A DNA stretch of 63,126 nucleotides, the filler included, from Nemertoderma westbladi (taxonomy: Eukaryota > Animalia > Xenacoelomorpha): NCBI GenBank assembly GCA_032718475.1. It is 3 parts of 3 records of this genome, joined end to end, with 100 filler letters (N's around TTAATTAATTAA, not from the genome) between each part and the next. Parts side by side here need not be neighbours in the genome. Positions count along the whole stretch, not along the records: positions 19,914 to 38,477 come from JAUCBJ010005437.1; positions 38,578 to 63,126 come from JAUCBJ010006249.1; 1 more part is not named here. One strand, 5' to 3'. Below the pieces are notes generated by a model, which saw nothing but the letters and a program-made list of their open reading frames with translations, searched no databases and was not told the DNA's origin. Of this stretch, positions 37,055-50,789 are shown piece after piece (position 1 is the first letter of the stretch; each line of letters starts with the position of its first letter). A program made the translations under genes and the position numbers.

Positions 37055-38477
37055 TTATTATTATTATTATTAAGTTTTATTTCAGATTAATAAAATCCAT
37101 ATAGTATAAGTAACTAAGAGCACAAACAGTAAAACAATAATCCTACTAAATCACTTTACATTTACTATATACTGTATGCAATAAAATGTTGTCGGTAGTT
37201 GACAATCTCTTCATAAGACTTTCCAGCGATGAGTGTCGAATAATATGTACAAATATAGGCAAATTAAGCTAGTCGTTAGTTAGTCGTTAATCGTTAATCG
37301 TTAAGTTAATCGTTAGTCAGTCTAATTTTTTATAAATAATATCGTGCCGCATTGTTGTACGCTACTTTTAACTTGTTAATCGCACGTAATGAATAATTAC
37401 GACGTGCCCAAATGGCGTTATAGTAAATGGACGTACAATAAGCTCTAAATAAATATTTCTTAACTAACACCTAGAAATTTATTACTAAATTGTCTTAATA
37501 ACATATTTATTCTCACATATGTGCAGTGTAGCCAATGTCCTAAATTAAATATGTCAAAGAATGAAAGTAGTAATCTATAGCACAAAATATACGTTAATAC
37601 CATGTCGACGTAGTGCACATTTCCCGTATTCTAGAAATCCTATTTACAGCACAGATTCTAGACACTGCACAAATGATAATGTTATTTGGCGAATCAATCC
37701 TACGAAATAGGCTGCTAATGGCGTTATATCTAAGATGAACAAATAACTTAATATTATACTGAGCAAACGCCTCAGTTATGCTTGTTGGCATACCGTCAGT
37801 TAATCTGGGTATGTGGAATAACATTCGGAAGCAATTATTATACGCTACTCGTAGTTTTTCGTGCACAGATTCAGAATAACTACGTTTAGCCCAAAGGGCG
37901 TTACATAGATAGTAGAACAAAAGGCACCAAATAGAGAAGCTTTTACCTTATTGCTACATGCACCAAACTTTCGGGCTAGAAGATTACCTCTGGCATATAA
38001 GCACTGAGTCTGCCTCTTAATATCGAAGTCATCATCACCACTACTATGAATAATTGGGTAGGTGTAAAACCTGATCCGGATCCGCGTTTTACTCTGACCC
38101 TGAATAATGCGACCTAAGTAATTAAATTCATCCACAATATCAATCTTTGCACTGTAAAGATATATATCTGCATAAACACAATGTTTGCTGCACCTCGGAA
38201 TGAAATATAAGCACTTTGTTTTTTTCTTATTAAATAATATGGAATTATTATTCGCAAAGTTTTCGGCCGACCTAACTAGACGTTGTAACCCAAATATTGA
38301 ATTGGACAGGAGCGATTAATCATCTGCATATCCAAGATGGTTCACCCTCGTACTACCTATTAAACACCCCACCCCTGTAAATGTTAAATCCTGACTTAAC
38401 CCATCAATGTATACATTAAACAATAGAGGGGATAAGACCCTACTACCCTGTCTTGTCCCATTTGTGACTGTAAACCT
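37055..38477 (-). mobile_element. Non-LTR retrotransposon 3' part (RT C-terminus, 3' UTR, (TAA)n tail), cut by the gap
   Basis: GTRQG, NHLGYADD, FNYLG, YARGNLLARKFGACS; clade not determined. Confidence 0.85.
38056..38100. mobile_element. 45-bp minimal MULE-like MITE inserted in the LINE
   Basis: Same termini as 33773-33991; TSD tgaataatt/tgaataatg. Confidence 0.8.
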
Positions 38478-38577
38478 NNNNNNNNNNNNNNNNNNNNNNN
38501 NNNNNNNNNNNNNNNNNNNNNTTAATTAATTAANNNNNNNNNNNNNNNNNNNNNNNNNNNNNNNNNNNNNNNNNNNN
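38478..38577. other. Artificial assembly linker
   Basis: N44-TTAATTAATTAA-N44. Confidence 0.97.
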
Positions 38578-40330
38578 GACCAGATTTGCCCTAGTAAGAG
38601 GGTCTATGCAGCTAAAGGTGGCACCTCCTTTATGCTGCATGGAGGTGGCAAGTTTTCTTGATCAATGACCTAGAATACCTGACCTGACCTGCTAAGGTCG
38701 GTAAGCTAAGAATTTAAAGGTAAGCTAAGAATTTTAAACGGTGTCGATAGATCGTAAAAGTATTTATAATAGTATTTTAATGCATAGTAATTCCTAAGTG
38801 CTTGTAAATGTGGTAATTTTGCTTGTGAACGTAGTTCTGTCCCTGTAGCGTCTCTAATTTTTTTGCAGTAATCCGTAATTTTGTATCTAGCCCGTATAGT
38901 ATGTTCTTGTACCCATGTGTTTCGTGAAGTGGAGCGATAATTTCACTGCAGTAGTTATGTAATGGCAGAACAGTTGCTTTAAATACAGTAAGTTTTGTGC
39001 TTGTTGGTAATTGGCCCTTTATTAGTCTTAGACAGGATACTGCGTGGGTCATTTTTTCTGTGATTGATTTAATTTGTGGTTTCCAATTTAGTTTGTTATC
39101 AATCAATACTCCTAAGTATTTGAATTGCGAACTTTGTCGTATTATTGTTTTTCCTAATTGTAGGTTAATTTCATTGATTTCAGTGGTTCTAGAATTAGGT
39201 GTTAAGATGAACTCTGTTTTTTCCGGATTTACTCTATCTTTCTATATTTATTCTATTTTTGTTATACGTTCCGCTAGTATTTTAGTGGCTGTTATCGGAT
39301 CTGGCCCTGTAGTAAAGATAAGGGTATCTATCGTCAGCGTATTGAATGATGTTAAGATTCTCAGATTCCGATATTTCATTGACGTATATGAGGAACATAA
39401 GTGGGCCTAGAAGCGTTCCTTGTGGAATTCCCCGTTCCGTCTGTTCCCAGCTAGAGTACTCCCCATTTATCTTGACCCTTTGTTTACGATTGGTAAGGTA
39501 GTTGCGCATGAAAGTAACATCAGTTGAGTGGAGTCCGATTTCTTTCAGTTTAAGGAGAAGTATACTGTGGTTCAGAGAGTCAAAAGCCTTACTTAAGTCA
39601 AGAGCTGCTACAGCAACATGGTTTCCTACGTCAAGTTTAGATCTCCAGTTCTCTGTTGCGTAAATTATAGCGTCCTTTGTAGAATATGATTACCTAAATC
39701 CGAACTGTTCGGTTGGGGGTAGTTTATTTTTAGTTATATAATTTATTAATTGGATATAAATAACACGTTCATATATTTTTGCGAAAGATGAAGTTACTGA
39801 TATTGGCCAATAATTATCTGCTTGTTCCTTGTCGCCTTTTTTGTATACTGGAGTTACATCTGCTAACTTAAGCCTACTGGGGAATTCTGATTTAGTTATT
39901 GATTGGTTAATTAAATAAGTCAAGATAAATACTATATAAGGTGCTATTAATTTTATTATTTTGGGTGGAACTTTTGAGGGACCCTGTGATTTATTTTCAT
40001 TTAGTTTTGAAATTATATCACAAACTGCAATTGCATCAATGTGTCTAAAACTGAAATTATTATTTTTAACTTTTTGATTCATACATGATTTATACTTAAT
40101 GTCCTCAAGTCCAAGAAAGTTTCTCAAATTTAGGTATGTTTAATGGAACAATGTTGCAATTGCCATTGGTTTACTTAATATACTTTTTTAATTTGTTTGT
40201 CTCGTAAGAAGTGAATTTTACAGGTTGTGCTCTGTTTGTTCAGAATATTGTTTACTATTTTCCATTTCTTACGAGATGATTTTTCATTTGCGTATTTTGT
40301 TTTATTACTATGTACAGTATTTCCAGTATG
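38578..40330 (-). mobile_element. CR1/L2-group LINE, disrupted RT
   Basis: LKLADVTPVYKKGD..NYWPIS, QFGFR, GIPQGTLLGPLMFLIYVN, YADD, IDNKLNWK across frameshifted ORFs. Confidence 0.9.
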
Positions 40331-41501
40331 TCATTCATTGGTTGTTCTAGAAAGTTTAAGAGCATAAATACAAATAATTGCCCACAAATAAATAAAATAA
40401 AATTATCCATTGTTCATAATTAGCACTTTAAAGTTTTACTGCCCATGTTTTATTATTTCCCTGCCATCAGGTCTCGAACTAATAACACAGCACCCTGTCG
40501 GTCGACTGGCTAGAATTTTGTACTTTCTATCACAAATTTAGGGATAGAAAGTAGGTGAAAGATGCACTTTCTTTCTCTGTTTTCTACAAATTTTAGTGAG
40601 AAAAAATGTGGACTTTTCAGATTAAAATATTATTTTCACAGGAATGACTCGCTGAGAAAAAATGGCCCGTATTTTCGGCTGGCCCTAAGGCACGTGCCTT
40701 ATATACATTAAGGTTAATCCGGCAATGTATATAATCTAGTGTTATAAAAAGGGGGTTAGAACATCACCTGCAACTTGAAATCCTGGATTGATGGGCTACT
40801 CATAAGCACGGTTATCTTAACTAATTTATGTCTCTATTCTCTTAGCTATACATCTATATTATACGATCGCTTATCTGGATCCGCATGTATAACAAATATT
40901 AATGGTTGCCTAAAAGCTGTTTGTTAGGACATCGGACGACTCTGCCCTTCAGACATTCAGGCAAAGAAGGCAAAACGGTAGATATGAAACCATTTGACTT
41001 TATTCTTATAGAGGTAGTTTAACGATAATCGGCACCGGTAATCATAAAGGAACCAACGATGCACAACCAGACAGCCCAGAAGCAGATAAAGGGCTACAAA
41101 CGAGGCAGATAACAAACAACAAATGTAAGATACATGCAGTTGAACAAATGTGTTAGAAGTAAAAGTCCCTCCAGGTCTAACTCCCCAGTAAATCCGCTAT
41201 CAGGCGTTATAAGTACATTGAGGTACCGGTATGCAATAACTGAATAAGGTTGATACATACATATATATGCTGACCCTGATAACACTGGTTTGAATAATCA
41301 CTTAATCTGTCCGACTGGACCTAAGGGCTGTATCATTCACAAATAAAGTGTCCTCGAGACGGTAGATCTTTACAGATGTGAGAATAACAGAGGATTTTTT
41401 TCATCTTGTTTATACTGTACATATTATCTAGATACTTGAATCGGATAATTTGGACGGTCTGTGCTGTGTATTCACAATTCAATCTATCCATTATTAAAAA
41501 T

Positions 41502-41740
41502 GTTGAAGGCCGACTCCCGCCAGTAAAGTTCAAATAGAACCTTTGAAAGAAATGGACCTGTTGAATTAATGAACGCTGGGAAAGCCAACTATTTGTTGTT
41601 AAACTATTTTCTCTGGATCTGGGGAAGCTCAGAGAAAGAGCCATCACACGGTTTGGATCCCGGTCACAGCGTTAATTAAGGTCCATATCTTTCTCTGGTT
41701 GGTTCTATTTAAACTTTACTAGCTGGTGTCGTCCTTCAAC
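41502..41740. repeat. ~240-bp imperfect foldback element
   Basis: gttgaaggccgactcccgccagtaaagttcaaatagaacc is mirrored by ggttctatttaaactttactagctggtgtcgtccttcaac. Confidence 0.7.
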
Positions 41741-43250
41741 CGTCGTCCTTTAATATTTAATCTCCCCGCTGTAACGTCTTACCTTACTTTATTCAATCTA
41801 TCCAGATGTAAGCACAAGTAATGCAATGAACCGATTCTAGTACTTAAAGATTGCAAGCCTCCACATGGCAGCTGCCTCAATATAACTCTATTGTTTGAAT
41901 TTTTTTTTATACCTTATAATTAATTCAAAAGATTGCTTTAAGGTTAAGCTTTTATAAGAAATGTTAGGTTTGCTCATTGCATGAACCAATTTTTCCAAGC
42001 ATATATATTTACTACGTTATATACATTGATAATACGCTGTAGTAAGTAATATTCTACATTGGTTATATTATATTTAAATTAAATTTACTTATCTCAATTT
42101 AACCAGTAGTTAAATAAATAAGAAACAAGTTACTTGCCTAACTGTTTTTAAATATTCCAAAATTATACATTGGAGTCTCCCAATTTAATTAATATATTCT
42201 ACTCAAATAAGAAAAAATACATAATTCGAATAACGAACATAATAACGAATATTCGAACGTTATAACAAGAATAAACACGTTAAAATTTAGCTGCACAAAA
42301 ATACATAGCGAGGGAGGTGGGGGATGAGGTAAAGTCATCGTACAGTTTATTGTACCCCGTGGCCGAGGCATGAGGGTGCCAACCACCCAGGGCTTCCAAT
42401 GGTAGGGGGATAAAGCATTCTTCTGAGTGGGCAGCAGCTATGTTGGAGTCAACATATATATTAGATATTAATATGTTTTTAAAAAAATTAGGGATGCTTG
42501 GAGGAAATAGAAATCAAAAAGTGTTTTAGAGGATGTTTAAAAATGTTGTTCTGCCAGTTTTTTAATGTTGTTGGGCTTTATTAAGTTGAAGACATTCCAA
42601 ATTAAATTAACAATAACATCAGTAACATCACATTCTGCTTTGAATTCAAGAAAACACTTTGAATCAATTTATAAATTTTATAACTATATATAATATATTA
42701 TCTACTCAATTATCTTAGGTCTACCTAATTAACCAATCGATACCTCAAGGCTTCTTTCTTAAAAGCTCTTCAATCATTAAAGGTATAAAATCTCCAAAAC
42801 TTCTTGAATGTTCTACAAACAACATCATAACCATCCCCTTCCTATACTCCTCCAACTCGTATACACCCTCTACTGAAAGGTACTTTTCTTTGGGGTAAAA
42901 CCCATGCAACTCAACAAACTCATCAACTGTATTACGTCATATCGTTCCTATTATGGCACCGCAGATAAGATTCGACCACCAACAAATAGTCTAGTACAAC
43001 AGCTACAATAACCAAAAATACTCAAATAGTCTGATTTTAACAAAACCATACAAACTTATCCCACCTTGTACCATTATGCATTCTAAGACAGTAATAAACA
43101 ACTAACTAAAATTCTAGTTCAAACTGCACAGAGAAACCATACTGATGGTTCCATATTGGCTAAAAAGAGTTAAGTGATAGTTGTTTAGTTTCCTACACTT
43201 CAAGAGGGCAGTAACTTAAGGGTTCAAGAAACTTAATTGTTCCTAATTAC

Positions 43251-44143
43251 ACTAGATAGCCAGCAAGCTGGCTTTAAACGAACCTGCCCCTCAAACCAGT
43301 ACCCTGAGTGAGGGCAAATGAAAACACGAAAATTGCCATCAACTCAACGATAGAAACACCAGCTGCCAGGGCCTAGTAAGCTACTACTATTTATTGAATG
43401 GATAGGCCCAAACTGCAGCGAAGTATATTACTTGCTAAATGTATTACTATCTCACTCTAACCCAGACAGTAATCAAACATCAACTGTTAGTTTGTATAAT
43501 GTATTACCCCGCCAGCTGAATAGCTCTTCCCCCCAGTGAATCCTTTGGGAATATCATTGTAAGCACTGGGCCATTCCATCCAATGCTTTATAGGTTGATA
43601 TGATAATGAATGAGGAGGGACACAACTAACACAAAGTTTGTCTATATGGACGGTCTCCTTACAGCCAGCTTACTGGCTTTTCTCGTTGAATCATATTATT
43701 CCGCAACTAAATAATTTACTCTTTTAGACGAATTAGTGCGTTTTTGTGCCGGACTAACAAATTTTGGCGACGTTCTGTGCGAGATTGGCGATATTTGAAA
43801 AGATTCTGAGGCTCATATATGTTGCTCAAATGACTGAGAAGCCCAAATAAAAAGTTGGTGCATACTCGACAAGTTGAAATCGGCTAAATTCGACTTTAAA
43901 TTTTCAAAACCGCTATTTTTCAGTGACCCCGTGATCGAAACGCCACAAAAATATACAGTCTTGTGCGCAACCAAAATTTATGTAGAGTTTGTTACTAAAA
44001 TTTTTGCGTACCTACGTGAGTTCTTGAGATATTGGATGGTTATACACACACACAACCACACAACCACACAACCACATTGTTTTTGAACGGCTCAACTCTT
44101 GATGACAAGAACTACCCTGGCGTATTAATAGGCAGGTTCGTTA
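43251..44143 (-). mobile_element. HINE/Helitron-like element ends
   Basis: actag, hairpin gccagc-aa-gctggc and aacgaacctgcc at left; inverted ggcaggttcgtt at ~44131-44142; (cacaac)n microsatellite; the interior may be composite. Confidence 0.45.
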
Positions 44144-44563
44144 ACATACGTAAATTAAATAATAAATAACTAAATAATGAATAACTTAGTAATAAATGTA
44201 TCAGATATTCATAAATTGATTAATATTAGTAAATATTTTTATTAACATATTTAAAATTAATATGACCATCGGAGAAATATGACCATCAGCCAAGTGATAC
44301 TTATAGATTGCTCTTGATTAACTAAATTGCTAAAAAACCGATCCATAACGACGCATAAATCTGCGATAGGCCTAACCATTATTACTTTTTATATAAATAA
44401 TCATTATTTAATCAATGATGTCATGTTTTATTGTTTTGTTTATATTTCAACTTGACAACGTTCCAAATTGAAATTTGAATTGTGCAGATTTTTTAATGCA
44501 AAATAACATTAATTGTTGTAAAAGGTGTAGCTCGAATTTAGAATAATAACAATATTCAAATAT

Positions 44564-45154
44564 ATGACTATGTTGTGGTATTGGATGCCGTGTTTTTGTA
44601 TGTTACTAACCAATTGCAATGGTGGCAAATTATTTGACTCAATGCCCGATCATATTACACCAGTTGCTTTCCAAAGTAGCACTTCTAAAAAACTTTCTAG
44701 CGCCTCAATGGATCTCGCTGTTGCAGCAAACTCCATCGATGAAAACAAGAACGATAACTTCCACGATGGATCATGTTCTCTTACTTCTATAAATCAAGGC
44801 GGACCCAGCTGGTATTATGTCAACTTGATTGAAAGGGCTTCAATCGAACGCATACATATCATAACAACAAAGGATTTCAGAAGTCATATAATCGGAACTA
44901 AGCTATATGTATCAGACATTAAACCATATCTCGGCGTTACCTTATCTGATATCGAAGCTTCTAGTTATCATTGTGGAGTGGCAGCAAATGAAGCAACGAA
45001 GGACTTTAAAAGAGACTGCGGCGATCCTGCACATTGTGGAAAATATGTGATTCTATACAATCCTGATGATTATTTGTCAATTTGCGAAGTAGAATTACAT
45101 GGTGATTGGTTAGTTCGTAATTACAATAACCGATTATATACGATTATATACTAG
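44564..45154 (+). CDS. Secreted F-type lectin (fucolectin/FTP, F5/8-C-like) domain protein; possibly first exon (donor at 45102)
   Basis: Hydrophobic signal peptide; AFQSST, A.LAV, NF.DGSCS.T, PSWYYVNL, CGKYV, YLSICEVELHG. Confidence 0.75.
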   Translation: MTMLWYWMPCFCMLLTNCNGGKLFDSMPDHITPVAFQSSTSKKLSSASMDLAVAANSIDENKNDNFHDGSCSLTSINQGGPSWYYVNLIERASIERIHIITTKDFRSHIIGTKLYVSDIKPYLGVTLSDIEASSYHCGVAANEATKDFKRDCGDPAHCGKYVILYNPDDYLSICEVELHGDWLVRNYNNRLYTIIY

Positions 45155-47689
45155 TGGCGTGGAAGCACGCGGGATGTAAATCTGCTATCTTCAGATTCAA
45201 TCTATACACCAATTATTGTAGTACTACAGTTGAAGGCATACATTATTACTAAAATTAATTCACCTGGAATTAGTAATAAATTCACATTCGCCCATACCTT
45301 TACTAAGAAGGCTGTCAGCTGTATAAACTATTTAACTCACACTAATGCTACCCTATGAATAATTTCAAGTTTGTAAGGGAGTGGAGTTTAGGCAGTAGGG
45401 CCTAAGCAAACAGTATGGGTGTACTACTGTAAGTACAATAATCTTGGCAACGTCATCGATTTATATTAAGCCTGTGTAGAAATCCATTACATAAGCCATT
45501 TTTCATCATCAACACCAGCTGTTATTGGTGTTATTTTACCATTGCGTCTGTGGCACTTTTCGTTTATTTCATTTTTGCAAAAAGTAATCACTGTATTTTT
45601 TTGAAAATTGCAACAAACAAAATTGCAATTTTTTGAAATTTATACACCCATTCAGACCATACACTACTGAAGGGTACTAAAAACAACACAATTGACCGAA
45701 TAGTTTCGGAACCTTTCATGTGACAAACAAAGAAACAGACAGACACGATTTTCTTACAGTAAGTAAATCTGAAGATTTACAAATTATAATTATTGATTCT
45801 ATACCATACACTTGATAGGTAGGACAGTAATTTATTTTGCAGTAGTGTGAAGCACTTTTTTGTTGAATATCGTTTTTAAGTAATTGATATCTCAACAAAG
45901 TTGTGTACAAAGTCCTTATCCATAGAATATTAATGCAGAAACAGATATCATAAATTTTACCATTTTTAGCTATAACAGTTGCCTGGTAAAATGGATCTTC
46001 TGGCTGCCACAATTTTTAAACCACGTAGTGTAGGCCTACACATTTTGGAATCACATATTTATTTAAAGGGGGGTACCCCATGGCCTACTATAACATGAAC
46101 TACAACTACTTATAGTAGGTCATGGATACCCCCTCAGGAGACTTTTTTTAAACAGCTCTAAATTCGTGTCGTAGGTCAATATGACCCCAATATAACACCA
46201 TTATTATGTGGTGTTCGGCCAACGTGGGGAAGGCCAAAGAGCAACAATTTTAAATTTTTTGTGTCCCACTAACGGCGAGTGGCGGAATTAAATATTTCAC
46301 TAAGAACACTACAAGTCCCTTAATATTTATCCAATTTTTTTGAAACCAAGTTTTTTGGGCTCAGCACCTTCGAATCTCCAAAATTAACCACCCGATTTTT
46401 TCAATTATTAACTTGTAAATAAATTAATTAAATTAAGTAATTAAAATTAATTAAAATTTTCAATAATATTTAAAAAAAAAAATTTCAAAAAAGTGCTGGA
46501 TAGATTTTGAAGATCTTCAAAAAACCTTTCAAACGAGCCATAAATTATCGAATTTGGGTGAAAAACGGCGGATGAGTAGTATTTTAAAAATTGAAATATC
46601 GTGAAATGTAATTCCAAGATAATTTGTTTTAAAATTTGAACTTCCCGGTGAAACCTGACTGTCTGTAGTCTGTTAATCGGTCATTAATGTTTGACACTAT
46701 GGATTCATATCAACTCACTAAATTTATCAATATGGGAGTTTACGGGGTCGGTGATTTCATTTCTGATGTCAGTTTTAATGTTTGGTGGTATCTAATATGT
46801 CTGTCTGACAGTTTGACTGGCTATCTGTCTTTCTAAATTTTGACGGACAAACTGATAGACGGAAAGACAGCGATAACTCGAGAAGTAAAAAAGATTCCGC
46901 CAAACCGTTTCAAGACTTGAACCCCCATTAAATTCTGCATCAAAAGAAATAAAAATCCAAAAATGTGAAAATTGTACACCTTAATAAAATCCCATAACTC
47001 CCCAAACCATGTAGGTCACTGGACGTTGCGTTGTGAACTCACAGCTACACGTACTTCCATATCACTGCCATATATACTGGTAGTAGAACCTTATGACCCT
47101 GACCTTACACTAGTATGCCTATATTTTGTATCCAGGAGGTAAAATTGTACAGTACAAAAGCGTATACAGTATGTGTTGAACTAATTACAGAAAATTGTAA
47201 AACACTAAAACTGCAAAAAATTACCCACACTTAACAACACTTCTGGTCATCGTAAATAGCCAATTTAAGTCTCATTCGAACCGCAATCAGCGATTTAGCA
47301 CGAATGAGACCAGAATTGGCTTCATATGATGAAAAACAATGTCAAGAATGTGTAATTTTGTGATGATAATTGAGGTTTAAAATAGTAATAATATGTACTG
47401 TACATGAATTTATCCAACATTATTTGACAAAAATCTTTTAGTTAATCGAACTATTGTATAATTAGAATTAATGGCCCGTATGCATAAAGCAGACGCGATG
47501 ATCATAACTCTATTTACGATCCAAAACTATTTTTTGCATACAGACCAATACCTTTGTTGTCCCACTGTCAGTCGATTAAAATTATAAATAGATCTTGTCA
47601 AATGCGGCTTTCAGTTGAGTAATGTTAAAGTTCAGACAGAAAGTTATTATTATCAATTGAAACTCACATTATAATATATTTATTATTAA

Positions 47690-49266
47690 ACTAGAAAGCC
47701 ACGTGGCCTTCGGAGACGACTTTCTACTACACAAACTTGTTCAAAAATTCAAACATTTATTAATAATTAACTTAACAAAACGTCACATGACTCATTTTTC
47801 TCTCAAACAAAACCAGCTATGCATCTTAGCAGACTACTATAAAATAAAGTTTATACTGTGTAGTAAATACCTGCCAAGCAACTCTAAAAGATTATAAACA
47901 AGAAAACGGGATAAGGTTTTCATTTTCAAACAATTCTCCCATTAATTAACGGCAGACTGTAGAATTGCAGTTTTGTCAGAGTACCCCAAACACGTTTTCT
48001 ATGCTGTAATATCTCTATCAAGTATCAGCACGAAATGATTAAAACGAATAAAAATGGGAGAAGGCTTTCTCCATTACATTTCGCCCGGCAGACGCAGCAT
48101 ATTACAGTGACATATTTGGTGTAGCTTTTCACTTTTAGACATTTCACTTCTTAGCGGTAGACTGGGGAACTGTGGTGTGGTCAACATCCTCCCCAAATGC
48201 GCAGCATATGGTGTAGTAGACCTCTGCCAGGTATCAGAAAAAAGGCATTATAAACAACGAAATGGGAGATGGTTTTCGCTTTCAGATATTTAGCCCCCAA
48301 AGGGCAAACTGGAAAACTGCAGACTGGTCAGCGTCCTCCGCCCCAACACCCAGCCTATGGTATAGTAGACCTCTGCGAAGTATCAGCTAAAAATTATATA
48401 TAACAACAAAATTGGAAAAGATTTTCACTTTCAGACATTTCGCCCCCTAGCGGCAGCTTGGAGAACTGCAGATTGAAATAAACGCGTAAAATAAAAGCCC
48501 GAGACAGTGACAGTTATCTGCATCGTGAAATTGCGGAGCGATTGAGCCCCAAAGCTGCAAGCGAGAGAGAAATCGGACGACGAATCTGTCTTTATATATA
48601 ATAATATTAGACTAGAAAGCCTGCTTTCCAGGACTTCTAGTACACAAACTTTTTCAACAATAATTCAAACATAAATAAATTAATTAATTACTGTAACTAA
48701 AAAGAAGAAGTCAAAAATCATAGTGTTCTCACAAACAAAAGCAGGTTTACGTGGCAGCTGACTACAAAATAGGGCTACAAAAACAAAGCTGACTACAAAA
48801 TAGAGCTACAAAACAAAGATGACTACAAATACTAAATATACTGTGTAGTACAGTAGTTACCTGCCAAAGCAAATCCAAAAAGGTTATAAATATCAAAATG
48901 GGATAAGGATTTCATTTCAGACATTTCTTTCATTTTCACTTATTTCGCCCCCTTTGTGACAGACTTGACGGTGTCCTTCCCAAACACACAGCCTATGCAC
49001 CCCGTGCCAAAATTGAAAATCCACTTTGGAAAATCACCATGGACCATGTTTTGCATGGTTATTCACTAGGTCAAGACAAACCCAAAAATGGTATTTTTAA
49101 AATATTCTGTCGTTTGGTTTTCGAGATATCGGCATTTTTCATTTTTTGAAAAAATACCGGCACTTTTAAGAAATTATGAGCCTGAAAAAATTAAATCACC
49201 ATGTCCAATTGTTATTCAAAACTGAAAGTTTCAGCATAGTGACTGATTAAATATAATCTATGCGCC

Positions 49267-49299
<33 letters not shown>

Positions 49300-49567
49300 C
49301 CCCCCAAAACGCCCCCAAACTAACCACCGATAACTGCCTGCCTCCCCCACACTCCATTCCCAGATAGGTGTTCTATTGCTCCCTTCGCTAATCAGATGCT
49401 AGTGTGGGGTGATAGAGCACCTATACATTTGGAATGTAGTGTGGCAGAGGCAGTTAGCGGAGATTAGTGTGTGGGGGGGGGGGGGGGGAGGGGCATAGCG
49501 TAGCGAGCAATATAATATCTACCTGGGGATGTAGTGTGGGGGAGGCAGGCAGTTATCGGAGGTCAGT

Positions 49568-49603
<36 letters not shown>

Positions 49604-50200
49604 TAGTTTGTATTTAATTAGTCACTACGATTAATCTTTCACTTTTGAATACCAATTGCACATCGTGACTTAATTTTTTCCGGCACATAATTTTGAAAAG
49701 TGCCGCTGGTGCGCTGGTTTTTTTTTAAAAAATTTAAAATGCCGATATCTCGAAACCCAAATGTCAGAATATTTTAAAAATATTATTTTTGAGTTTCTCT
49801 TGAGCATACTTTCACTATTGAATAACAAACGTACATGGTGATTTAATTTTTTCAGGCACATGATTTTGAAAATTTCCGGTATTTTTTCAAAAAATTAAAA
49901 ATGCCGCTATCTCGAAAACCAAACGACAGAATATTTTAAAACTACTATTTTTGGGTTTCTCTTGACTTAGTGAATAACCATTCAAAACATGGTCCATGGT
50001 GATTTTCCAAAGTGGATTTCCAATTTTGGCACGGGGAGTATGGTGTAGTAGACTCTGCAACAATTCAGCTATAAAAGCATTATAAATAACAAATGGGAGA
50101 AGGTTTTCACATTCTGAGGATCGCCCCGTAGTGGTAGACTGGAGAACTGCAGAATAGTCTTCCCAAACACGCAGCCCGTAATCAGGTCCATATCTACAAA
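47690..50200. mobile_element. Two Helitron-like non-autonomous copies with ~150-bp internal repeats
   Basis: actagaaagcc starts at 47690 and 48611; repeated cagacatttcgcccc...gagaactgcag units; second copy interrupted by 48998-50038. Confidence 0.55.
48998..50038. mobile_element. 1-kb foldback MITE (Tc1/mariner-like)
   Basis: Long TIRs ccccgtgccaaaattg.aaatccactttggaaaatcaccatggaccatgttttg; mirrored poly-C/poly-G; TA on the right flank, TG on the left. Confidence 0.8.
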
Positions 50201-50233
50201 ATGACAGAACATAATGAGTCTGTTGGGGCAACT

Positions 50234-50334
50234 ACTTCAGGGATAATGACTGTAGAAAGGGTATAATGCCACGGTTAATGCCACGGTCGTTAACCGTGGC
50301 ATTAGACCCTTTCTACAGTCATTATCCCTGAAGT
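50234..50334. repeat. ~100-bp near-perfect palindrome
   Basis: acttcagggataatgactgtagaaagggt.taatgccacggttaa mirrored on the right arm. Confidence 0.9.
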
Positions 50335-50789
50335 TATAATTATGGATACACCACGAACGGCATCATTTCGACTTCTTTCCCATTTAAATATAGATCCAGG
50401 GGCAACTACTGTTATACACAGTTTCCTGCTTGATGACCAGAAATTTTGCCGAAAACGTCTACATAATGTGACGCATAAAATTAGCCCTCAAGATAACGGC
50501 GGTTCATGTTCACGTGCTAGGTATGGACAGTCTGCATCACGTAAATGCCTAAGATAGAGTCAAGACCCAACGTGTAGATTACTGCAAAATGGAATAATGT
50601 AATCATAGTAGTGTATGACAAGCAGTATATAGATTAATTTAAAAAACTTTGCACCAACATTAACTGTGGAGAGGTTACAATGAATACAGTGGTCCAGGTG
50701 AATGGTTCTTAGTTAAAGTGTACAGTTGGCTTCGACTGTAGAATTTGACTCCAGATGAATGAATACCTAGGCCTACAGTAGCTACCAAG

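Noticed and set aside
42340-43250. Decayed L1/Tx1-like LINE end
   Set aside because: Only vague motifs and an aataaa; too degraded to support.
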